Of a DNA stretch of 64,000 nt, positions 19,611 through 27,925 are shown one piece after another. The stretch is from an uncultured Flavobacteriales bacterium. GTDB taxonomy: Bacteria > Bacteroidota > Bacteroidia > AKYH767-A > 2013-40CM-41-45. The notes below the pieces were generated by a model, which saw nothing but the letters and a program-made list of their open reading frames with translations, ran no database searches and was not told the DNA's origin. The position numbers and the translations under genes were made by a program. The stretch covers positions 40,369 through 104,368 of the forward strand of contig CAZQOQ010000007.1 of NCBI GenBank assembly GCA_964595205.1. The letters run 5' to 3'. Within the stretch, counting starts at the first letter, position 1. Every line of letters starts with the position of its first letter.

Positions 19611-20042
19611 TTAAAAGTCTCTTTCCCCAAGCCAGATATCTTCCTGGCGTTTCATTTCTGATTTTTGTTTCTTATTCTTATCTCCATAGCCAAGCAAATG
19701 CAATACTCCATGGGCCATCACACGATGAAGCTCATCCTCAAATGTGTTTTTAAAAGTCCTGGCATTCGCTATGATCCGGTGGATGGAAATGTATATGTCG
19801 CCATCGATCGTTTTCAGTAATTCTGAATTGTCGAATGTGATGATGTCAGTGTTATAATCGTGACCAAGATATTCCCTGTTTATCTTTCGCAGGTATTCAT
19901 CGGTACAGAAGATGAAATTAATATTATTGAGTTTATGCTTCTCTTTTTTTATGTGTCTTAAAATCCAGTTCCTTATTCCTGCCTGATCCGACAGGCGGAA
20001 TTTTATTTTTTCCTTGAAAAAGAATATCGGTATTTGTTTCAT
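19611..20042 (-). CDS. ybeY: rRNA maturation endoribonuclease YbeY
   Basis: NREYLGHDYNTDIITF, GDIYIS and HGVLHLLGYGD (HxxxHxxGxD). Start placed at MKQIP (20042). Confidence 0.95.
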   Translation of the reverse strand: MKQIPIFFFKEKIKFRLSDQAGIRNWILRHIKKEKHKLNNINFIFCTDEYLRKINREYLGHDYNTDIITFDNSELLKTIDGDIYISIHRIIANARTFKNTFEDELHRVMAHGVLHLLGYGDKNKKQKSEMKRQEDIWLGERDF

Positions 20043-20097
20043 GTGCAAAAGATAAGAAAAAGCTGAATGTTCTATTCTTCGTATTTTGCACCACATC

Positions 20098-21006
20098 ATG
20101 CGGCGGCTCTTCTCATGCATTTTTGTCCTGTTGCTTTCAAATTCAGTGGAAGCCGGTGAAGACTATACGTGGTGGAATGAAATTCATAACTGGGACGGTC
20201 ATACATCCTGGGTTCAGTACATGACGATATCGACCTCGTTTATGGGTCCAAATGCCTTGCCCGTACCTGAGGTCACAAACGGCAGTGTGGATTCACTTGC
20301 TGAACTCGAAGTTGCAGGTGATTATTATTACAGCAGAGGCGACAAAACAAAAGATTTTTATTTGCGCGGGTCACTGCCTCTCTACAACAACCGTGTCTCT
20401 TTCGCCATCGATGTAGTCCCGTACGAATGGTTTAAAACAGATACCGCCACACGCGACGAGCGGGCGGCGAGAACCCGGAGCGGTGAAGGCGGAGCGGGGG
20501 GCGATATATATTTTTATACAAACATTCAGGTTCTCCGAGATCATCCACATCTGCCTGATTTGTTATTCCGTGCAGCATTCAGAACTGCATCCGGAACCAA
20601 CCTCGGCAATGCGCGCTTTACGGATGGTGCCGGTTACTTTTTCGACCTCAGTGCAGGACACAATTACGGGCTGAAAAATTCGGTGTTAAGAATATATATG
20701 ATGGGCGGATTCTATAGTTACCAGACCTATGACCTGAATCACCTTCAGAACGATTGCCTGCTGTATGGATTTGGTACTGATATTTTTTTCAGGAAGATCC
20801 TATTCTCCCAGTCGATTGCCGGGTATTCCGGATACCTCGATATTGGCGACAAGCCCCTCGTGTACAGGGCGAGCATACGGCTTAGAAATAAAATGTTCGA
20901 CTGGAAGTTTTCATGGCAGGCCGGGCTGAACGACTATGATTACCAGCGATACAGGGTATCGGTGATCTTTCATTTGAATGCCGGTGTTATTTTCAGAAAG
21001 CAGTAA
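20098..21006 (+). CDS. Hypothetical exported, probably outer-membrane beta-barrel, protein
   Basis: Signal peptide (MRRLFSCIFVLLLSNSVEA), GPNALPVP motif, and alternating aromatic strands. Confidence 0.6.
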   Translation: MRRLFSCIFVLLLSNSVEAGEDYTWWNEIHNWDGHTSWVQYMTISTSFMGPNALPVPEVTNGSVDSLAELEVAGDYYYSRGDKTKDFYLRGSLPLYNNRVSFAIDVVPYEWFKTDTATRDERAARTRSGEGGAGGDIYFYTNIQVLRDHPHLPDLLFRAAFRTASGTNLGNARFTDGAGYFFDLSAGHNYGLKNSVLRIYMMGGFYSYQTYDLNHLQNDCLLYGFGTDIFFRKILFSQSIAGYSGYLDIGDKPLVYRASIRLRNKMFDWKFSWQAGLNDYDYQRYRVSVIFHLNAGVIFRKQ

Positions 21007-21014
21007 TAAAATAA

Positions 21015-21040
21015 AAAAGGGAGCGATCAGGCTCCCTTTT
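21015..21040. terminator. Bidirectional intrinsic terminator
   Basis: AAAAGGGAGC-gatcag-GCTCCCTTTT hairpin between convergent genes. Confidence 0.85.
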
Positions 21041-21063
21041 AGTCTAACCAAACTATCTCTATA

Positions 21064-21501
21064 CTAATTACCTGATATTTTAAAGTTCAATTCCACCACA
21101 CGACCATTCTCTGAAAAAATCAACTGGTCTGTAAGGTGCTTCATCAGAAATATTCCCCGTCCACATTCTTTTTCAAGATTTTCGGGAGAAGTCGGATCCG
21201 GTAAATTATAATAATCGAAACCGGGGCCTTCATCTGCTATTGTAAATACGATCGAATGCGGGGAATGCGCACAGGTGACACTAACTTTCTTTCCGGGGTC
21301 GGATTTGTTACCATGGTAGATTGCATTCGTAACAGCTTCGGTAATAGCCACAAGCATGTTCCCAAAAATGTCTTCGCTGATGTTATATTTATTTTTAACA
21401 TCGTCAATCATGCGTTCAACTACAGTAAGGCTATCTGGGATCGACTTTAATTCGATGGTCTGGGAATCGTCTGCAAGCTGCATTAAAGGATTATTTATCA
21501 A
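21064..21501 (-). CDS. RsbW-like anti-sigma/Ser-Thr kinase (HATPase_c_2) ATP-binding protein
   Basis: EAVTNAIYHGN (N-box), DEGPGFD (G1 box) and GRGIFLM (G2 box). Confidence 0.9.
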   Translation of the reverse strand: MINNPLMQLADDSQTIELKSIPDSLTVVERMIDDVKNKYNISEDIFGNMLVAITEAVTNAIYHGNKSDPGKKVSVTCAHSPHSIVFTIADEGPGFDYYNLPDPTSPENLEKECGRGIFLMKHLTDQLIFSENGRVVELNFKISGN

Positions 21502-24500
21502 TTGATTGGAAATAATCGTTAACCTTCTGTTTATAATAAGAATTGAAGGAAGGGGGAACCGTCCTGAGCAATTCCATTTCTTTTAACTTAAGTCTCTTAT
21601 ACTCTTCAAATCCGTCAGGGTTACGTTGGTAAGCATTTTTTGATTCCTCGGATTTTCTTTGCTCCTCCTGGTCTCTCTCCCGCTCGGCTTTCTCGCTTTC
21701 AAGGAGTCGTGTGGTTATGTCCTGCTGGCGTTTAAGCGTTTGTTCGGAGATGATCCTGTTGACGATATCTTTTTCTGTCTCTTCCATCTGCCGGGCAATG
21801 TCTTCAAGGTTTCCCAGCGAATTCTTTCCGTCTTTATTTTCCTCCTGGTTTATCTTTCGGAGTTCGTTTCGGATGAATTCCTGCTCGGCAGCCATCTTAG
21901 CCAGTTGCTCGCTCATTGACTGTCCGGACTTATCCAGTTTTCCTTTCTTGTTCTGTCCTTGTTTCATTCCCTCTTTTGCCTTCTGCATATTCTTATTGAG
22001 TTGTTCCTGCATCTTTCTCAACTGGGAAAGGGATGTGGATTTTTTCTTCCCGGGTTTACTGCCTGGCTTATTACAACTGGCGTCTGACTCTGCCTGTTTC
22101 TGCATCATCTGCTGAAGGGCTTCGCTGAGCATCAGCGTCAGGTTGTTGACGGATGTCATCACAAGTTGCTGCCGGCTGCGGCTCTGCGGAACGAGCCTGT
22201 CCTCGAGGTTATCGAGGGCATTATCCATGTTTTGATTGATCAGCGAAATCTCCTGGTTAACTTTGGCTTCAATCTGAACGACTCTTTTACTCAATGCAAA
22301 CAATGAATCCTCGATCATCTTTGCATCGTCTTTTAATTTTCTCTGCTGCTGGCTGAGTTTAAGGTATTGAGGGTTGTTTACATCGATGGTTTTGAGTTGC
22401 TGCATTACCTGCTCCTGGTCAAACGAGAGTCGCAACAGGTTTTCCAGGAGAGCCCGAAGCGCATCCATGTCTTCTTCGTTTTCTTCTTTTTCCATTTCCT
22501 GTTTCATCTGTTCCATTTTCTGCGCGAGCTGTTCCATTTTACCGGAAGCATTTTTCTGCGACTTAGAAGCTTTGTTACTCTTGTTTTGCTGCAACTGGTC
22601 AGAACTGTTTTTCATGTCGTTCTGAATTTCTTCTTCCTGCTGATCGGTGTTTTCAAGATCTTTCTTGTCTTCCAGCTCATCATTCTTCTTCGCGAGATCG
22701 TCCATGTCTTTTCTGAACTCATCGAAGTCTTTGTTTAATTCGTCCTGCTGCTGTTTGAGGTCTTGGCTGTCGTTGTTCTTGTCTTCTGATTTTTTAGCCA
22801 GATCATCCTGTTTTTTCGACAGGTCTTTGAGTTTGTCAATATTATCCTGAAGCTTTTGTTCAAACTCAAGTTGTTTGAAGAGTTCGATGGTGCGTTCAAG
22901 TTCTTTCTGAAGGTCTTTATTATCCAGCTTCATTTCGCTGAGCTGATCCTGCAGTTTGTCCTTGTCGACATTCTGCATGAGTTGCTGAAGTTGTTCAAGC
23001 AATTTTTTCAGTTCCGGCGACTGCAGTTTGTCCATCAACGTTTGTAATTGTTCCTGTTTCTGCAGGATATCTTCATTCACTTTTTTATATTCTTCCTGCT
23101 GGCGGTTTTTTTGCTCGTTTTGTTTTTTAATGTCTTCGAGCTTCTTCTCGAGTTCATTTTGTTTCTTTAGAAGGTCTTCGGCTTTCTTTTTATCCTCCCA
23201 CGACATTTCTTTTTTCTCGAGTAGTTTTTTGCTGAGGTCGTTCAGGTCTTTCTGCATCTGCTTTACCTGTGAGATGCTCTCCTTCAGGTCGCTTTTTATA
23301 TCCAGGTTTTTCTTTTCATTGTCTTCCGCAATTTCTTTTAAGCTAGGCGCTTTAAATACAAGCGATTGGGAACGCGCCGATTTTGGACCGCTGATACCAT
23401 CGTTATCCCACACTTCAAAATAATATTCGACTTCGTCTCCGGCAGAAATGTTTATGGAGTTTAAGTCCCACGAATAGAAAAACGGATCGGTATTCATGCT
23501 TTTGCTGACCGGAAGATTTTCTGAAAACTCCCTGTCTTTTTTACTTTGAATGGAATCGTTCGATTTCAGAAACCTGTAATTGAAGGAAAGTTTTGTAAAG
23601 CCATAATCGTCTTTAACGACTCCCTTGAAGAATGTCCTTTTTGCAGACAGGGAATCTCTGTCCTGTTCGATGCTGATGGAAGGATAGATATCAGGTATCA
23701 CCGAAACAGCATAACGAATGGAGTCCCTGCTGTTTAAAAAATGATTCCCGGTAGTGACGCTGTAAGAATCATTCTTATTAAACCGTTTAGAGAATGAAAA
23801 TTTATTTTCTCCTGATGGGGCAAGCACTACGACAGAATCGTGAAAAGCCATGTGAATGGTTTCGGTATTTTGTGTGGTGAAGATCCAGTTCACTTTTGTT
23901 CCGGCAGGGATCAAAAGATCGCCGGTATTCTGAATGGTTTCATTTTGCTTATGAATGTAAGGGGGATACTCAAGGCTGATATTGAAATTTGTCAGTATTG
24001 GATTGGGCAATGCCTCCAGCGTGAATTCCTGTGAATAGAAGCCATCAGCAAAAAGCCGGAAGGACTCCGTTCTCTGAATATTGCGGAACAGATAGTGGAA
24101 GAGGCTTATATTCTCCTTATCGAGCTTGTATTCATTTCCATCAATTTCGATATATACTTCGGCGGGGATTTCATTGCCTTTTATCCTGACGTCGAGCTGG
24201 AAGTCCTGCTGCTGAACCGTCTTAAGTTCTTTGTTTAATATCTCAAATGAAAAGGGTGCGGGTTTTTCGAAATATGTTCCGTGTTCGATGAGCCGTTTAG
24301 TGCTTTCTTTCAGCAATGACGGGGCGGAGAAAAGAATGATGATGAAAGCGAAGAGAGGGATAACAGCATACCTCAGGTATTTTTTGTTTTCGGACAGATC
24401 GATGGCTGAGACGAATGGAACTGGTTTTAATTCGTCGATCTTCTGATCGATGCCTGCAACCAGCAGGGCGTTGTTATTATCGTTGCCATTTTCATCAGAG

Positions 24501-24853
24501 AGCTTTTTAAGCTGGAGGACGTTTAATAATTTATCCTGGACATTCGTAAAATGTTTTCCGATGATATCGGCGGCCTGTTCGTGAGATATGGTTTTTCCGA
24601 TACGATAAAGGTGAAGCAGCGGACTGAAAATAAACTTAGCCAGGATAAAAATGATTCCACCAATGAAAAGATAAAACAAAACCGCTCTCAATGTGGTACT
24701 GAAATGTCCGAAATATTCAATGGAAGTAACAATGAGAAAAAATGCAAGCGCGAGAGTGAATGCATAAATAGCCCCTTTTACCAACTGATTTTTATAGTAT
24801 TTTCTTATAAAGGCGTCGAGACGGCTTATAAGCAACTGATAGCTGTTTGACAT
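21491..24853 (-). CDS. DUF4175-family membrane-anchored coiled-coil protein
   Basis: N-terminal TM helices, Ig-like region with DDYGFTKL and EVWDNDG motifs, long Gln/Glu/Lys coiled coil, and TRLLESEKAERE C-terminal motif. Confidence 0.8.
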   Translation of the reverse strand: MSNSYQLLISRLDAFIRKYYKNQLVKGAIYAFTLALAFFLIVTSIEYFGHFSTTLRAVLFYLFIGGIIFILAKFIFSPLLHLYRIGKTISHEQAADIIGKHFTNVQDKLLNVLQLKKLSDENGNDNNNALLVAGIDQKIDELKPVPFVSAIDLSENKKYLRYAVIPLFAFIIILFSAPSLLKESTKRLIEHGTYFEKPAPFSFEILNKELKTVQQQDFQLDVRIKGNEIPAEVYIEIDGNEYKLDKENISLFHYLFRNIQRTESFRLFADGFYSQEFTLEALPNPILTNFNISLEYPPYIHKQNETIQNTGDLLIPAGTKVNWIFTTQNTETIHMAFHDSVVVLAPSGENKFSFSKRFNKNDSYSVTTGNHFLNSRDSIRYAVSVIPDIYPSISIEQDRDSLSAKRTFFKGVVKDDYGFTKLSFNYRFLKSNDSIQSKKDREFSENLPVSKSMNTDPFFYSWDLNSINISAGDEVEYYFEVWDNDGISGPKSARSQSLVFKAPSLKEIAEDNEKKNLDIKSDLKESISQVKQMQKDLNDLSKKLLEKKEMSWEDKKKAEDLLKKQNELEKKLEDIKKQNEQKNRQQEEYKKVNEDILQKQEQLQTLMDKLQSPELKKLLEQLQQLMQNVDKDKLQDQLSEMKLDNKDLQKELERTIELFKQLEFEQKLQDNIDKLKDLSKKQDDLAKKSEDKNNDSQDLKQQQDELNKDFDEFRKDMDDLAKKNDELEDKKDLENTDQQEEEIQNDMKNSSDQLQQNKSNKASKSQKNASGKMEQLAQKMEQMKQEMEKEENEEDMDALRALLENLLRLSFDQEQVMQQLKTIDVNNPQYLKLSQQQRKLKDDAKMIEDSLFALSKRVVQIEAKVNQEISLINQNMDNALDNLEDRLVPQSRSRQQLVMTSVNNLTLMLSEALQQMMQKQAESDASCNKPGSKPGKKKSTSLSQLRKMQEQLNKNMQKAKEGMKQGQNKKGKLDKSGQSMSEQLAKMAAEQEFIRNELRKINQEENKDGKNSLGNLEDIARQMEETEKDIVNRIISEQTLKRQQDITTRLLESEKAERERDQEEQRKSEESKNAYQRNPDGFEEYKRLKLKEMELLRTVPPSFNSYYKQKVNDYFQSIDK

Positions 24854-25022
24854 TTTTAATTCTTGAACAAAGCGAATGCTAATTTAAGGATTAAACGGCT
24901 GAAAGTACCGGAAATTCTATGTCTTTTATGATAAGATTAACAGGTTTTAACTTTAAAAACGTGATTAAGTTTTATAACAGGGGTAAATCTTTGAGGCGAC
25001 TTTTAATAAAACCTGCCCTAAT

Positions 25023-25907
25023 TCAATCTACAGAACGGAATCTTCCGAAAACACCCAGGGGTAATTTAAATCCTGTTCGTGACTGAAGATAAATTTCTCC
25101 GGTTTGAAGATGCTCCTGCTTTCCCAGGAGATTCTCGACGATCAGCGACGAAAAGCCGAGTGAATAAGTGTTTAAAACAAGAAATTTTTCTTCTTCATCT
25201 AAAAGTTCCATTACGTTTTGCATCATCTCACCAATCATGTCTTCGAGTTTCCATTTCTGACCTTCAGTGCCGTGGCCATATGCAGGAGGGTCGAGGATGA
25301 TTCCATTGTATCTTTTACCACGCTTCACTTCCTTTTTCACAAAGGCCATTGCATCTTCAACGATCCAGCGGATGTCTTTCAGGTTGCTGAGTTCCATATT
25401 GGCATTTGCCCAGGTTACGACCTGCTTGATTGAATCGAGGTGAACCACATCGGCTCCGGCGCATTTTGCTGCCAGCGATGCACCGCCGGTATAAGCAAAT
25501 AAATTCAGTACGCGCGGGTTTTTTGTCTGCATCTTCGAAATACTTCCTGCAATATATTCCCAGTTGGAGGCCTGCTCCGGGAAAATCCCTACATGCTTGA
25601 ATGCCGTCAGCGCCAGACGGAATCGGATCGTATTTCCGTTTGCCAGTTGTTTATTTGATAGCCGGTATTCCATGGTCCAGCGATCAGGAATGTCTTTGTA
25701 TTTTTTCCAGGAACCGGAAGAACTTGATGTCGGAACAAAACGGACATGTGCCATTTTTTCCCATTCCTTTTGTGTGATTGCGGCATTCCAAACGGCCTGT
25801 GGCTCGGGACGAATGGTAATATATTTTCCGAAGCGTTCCAGTTTTTCGAAGCCGCCGCAATCGATCAATTCGTAGTCAGGAAAATTTTCCGGTGTGAGTA
25901 ATATCAT
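25023..25907 (-). CDS. Class I SAM-dependent methyltransferase (RlmI/RlmK-like)
   Basis: KLERFG, VGIFPEQ, VLNLFAYTGGASL and IILDPPAYGHG motifs. Confidence 0.9.
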   Translation of the reverse strand: MILLTPENFPDYELIDCGGFEKLERFGKYITIRPEPQAVWNAAITQKEWEKMAHVRFVPTSSSSGSWKKYKDIPDRWTMEYRLSNKQLANGNTIRFRLALTAFKHVGIFPEQASNWEYIAGSISKMQTKNPRVLNLFAYTGGASLAAKCAGADVVHLDSIKQVVTWANANMELSNLKDIRWIVEDAMAFVKKEVKRGKRYNGIILDPPAYGHGTEGQKWKLEDMIGEMMQNVMELLDEEEKFLVLNTYSLGFSSLIVENLLGKQEHLQTGEIYLQSRTGFKLPLGVFGRFRSVD

Positions 25908-25983
25908 TTGGTAAATATATATTCAAACAATCAATGTAGATGTTTTGAAGCTGATAGAATTATTGCTTTGGCTTTTTGGAGCC

Positions 25984-26200
25984 AAGAGCCAAGAACCAAG
26001 AACCAGGAACCAAGAACCAAGAATCAAGAACCAAGAATCAAAGACCAGGAACCAAGAACCAAGAATCAAGAACCAAGAACCAAGAATCAGGAATCAAGAA
26101 CCAAGAACCAAGAATCAAGAACCAAGAACCAAGAATCAGGAATCAAGAACCAGGAACCAAGAACCAAGAATCAGGAATCAAGAACCAAGAACCAGGAACC
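25984..26200. repeat. Heptamer tandem array (ARGAAYC) x31
   Basis: Parsed unit by unit: 217 bp = 31 x 7, mostly AAGAACC, AAGAATC, AGGAACC and AGGAATC. Confidence 0.97.
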
Positions 26201-26362
26201 GGGAAAGATCATGAGTTTGGTTATGGTCTGAATATTTAGTGTGTTTTCGAGTAAGTTAATTTGTCATTTTGATTTAAAAGTTATTAACACAGAAAATTAA
26301 ATCAAAACAGATAAATACTTTTATACCATCATTAATTCTAAAAATAATATTCAAAATAAAAG

Positions 26363-27004
26363 ATGGCTGAGGATTCCAACGAAATGACAATTGAAAGTTT
26401 AAAGGCAAAGATTGAAAATCAAACGAAGCTGATCAGGGAATTGACGAAAGAAAACGAGGAATTATACCATCAATACAATCATTTGATTATCAGAAATGGA
26501 AAGATGCTCAAGAGAATTGATGATTACCAGAAGATTATCGATGATTTGCATATACGTAATGAAGAGCTTCAGTTGATCAATGGTAACATCATGCAACTCA
26601 ATGATAAGCTTCGGCAGCGAGGTTCGTTTACTCTCTCTTCCGGCAGCAGCATTCTGAACCCGGAGTCGAAAGGGGAAAGTCAGAAAGAAGGAATCGAATC
26701 GTCTTTTGATCTCACGGAATTGTATGAGCGATGGAAAAATTATCCTGGACAAATGGCTCACAATGCCCCGAATCTTCGCAAGCAGGTTTTGATGCTTGTT
26801 TATTTATACAAGACGCCTGCCTTGAAAGCGGCCGAACTTTTTAACAAGAGTGGTGTCGGAGGTGTTACAGGTGCCAGGTATGTGAGCGTATTAAAAAAGT
26901 TCGAGCTGATAAAATTTAAAGGCGCCCGTAAAAAGGGACAATATGAAATCACACAAAAAGGAATTGACTTTATAGAAAATTCTCAGTCAACTCCCGATGC
27001 ATGA
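26363..27004 (+). CDS. Hypothetical protein: N-terminal coiled coil plus C-terminal winged-HTH-like domain
   Basis: Heptad-rich residues ~8-85. The C-terminal segment (AAELFNKSGVGGVTGARYVSVLKKFELIKFKGARKKGQYEIT) resembles wHTH domains with a GxxKxGxY wing. Confidence 0.6.
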   Translation: MAEDSNEMTIESLKAKIENQTKLIRELTKENEELYHQYNHLIIRNGKMLKRIDDYQKIIDDLHIRNEELQLINGNIMQLNDKLRQRGSFTLSSGSSILNPESKGESQKEGIESSFDLTELYERWKNYPGQMAHNAPNLRKQVLMLVYLYKTPALKAAELFNKSGVGGVTGARYVSVLKKFELIKFKGARKKGQYEITQKGIDFIENSQSTPDA

Positions 27005-27466
27005 TTCGCAGAAAATTTTTTTTAAGAGAACTTTCTAATATTCTGAAACATATTTTCTGAAAAGATTACACCTATGCAACTGCCAGTTGCAGCAAGAGGA
27101 TAATTTATCTTTCGACGGTGTTTTTTTCTGATGGGTGGACGATTTTTGGACAAACAATAAAAATGAGTTAGTTTTGAAGCCTTGAAAGCCTTTCTGGTCG
27201 CAGGTTTTAGAAAAATGACCAGTAATAATATAATGAGTTAAGACTTAAATTATTTGACTGATAATTTGATCAAAAGCTTTAAGACATGTAAATATTCAAT
27301 GACTTTTTCACCAAGTAAATCCCCTTGTTCATCAATATTTGTGTGGTGTTTATAAGATTTTTAAGGTAAAAACGAGTTTTTATTGTTAATTACATAAGCA
27401 GAAGCAATAGATTGGAAATGTTTGTAAAACATCGGCAACCGCCCTATTATCAACGGGTACAGACAT

Positions 27467-27474
27467 TACCTTTG
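27467..27474 (+). promoter_or_regulatory. -7 promoter element (TACCTTTG)
   Basis: Exact TAnnTTTG match upstream of the 27516 and 27926 genes. Confidence 0.6.
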
Positions 27475-27515
27475 CAGCAGTTTAATAATATACAGGTAAT
27501 AATGAATACATACTT

Positions 27516-27899
27516 TTGAAAAAAATGAAAAGGACTTTAAAGGCCTGTATCCTGGCATGCATGCTGTTATTCACGCAAATGATTTCGGCTGAGGAGAGTG
27601 TGAAAAGGGAAGTTTTATTACGACTGCCATTGTTGTCGGAAAAAAATGCCCGCATAGTTACAGATGCATTGAATTCCATAAATGGGATTGAAAAAATTGA
27701 AGCATGTTATGAATTGAGAGTGCTGATGATTGCCTATGACTCAGAAAAATTAAGTAAGGATATAGACCTGGTAGGCATTATCAATAATTTAAACATTAAT
27801 ACTGTCGCGGAGAAAATTTATGAAAGCGACATTCCGGTTATAAAATCAAAATATAAAATAACAGAACTCTACACTAAAAAAGAAAAGGAACGAAATTAA
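27516..27899 (+). CDS. Small exported hypothetical protein with a possible HMA-like (ferredoxin) fold
   Basis: Signal peptide; ALNSINGIEKIEAC...IAYDSEK resembles HMA strands and helices but has no CxxC. The start may be at 27525. Confidence 0.5.
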   Translation: MKKMKRTLKACILACMLLFTQMISAEESVKREVLLRLPLLSEKNARIVTDALNSINGIEKIEACYELRVLMIAYDSEKLSKDIDLVGIINNLNINTVAEKIYESDIPVIKSKYKITELYTKKEKERN

Positions 27900-27925
27900 A
27901 ATTTTGATATCAGCACGCTGAACAC

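Noticed and set aside
21659-24446. Many Ser/Phe/Leu-rich plus-strand ORFs antisense to DUF4175
   Set aside because: Expected antisense shadows of a Glu/Lys/Gln-rich coiled-coil gene.
25984-26200. Possible CRISPR array (also considered for 1557-1943 and 18323-18392)
   Set aside because: Contiguous 6-7-nt units with no unique spacers, and no cas genes in the window.
25908-26239. Three overlapping ORFs repeating QEPRTKN
   Set aside because: A stop-free 7-nt repeat gives the same 7-aa repeat in all three frames. No independent coding signal.
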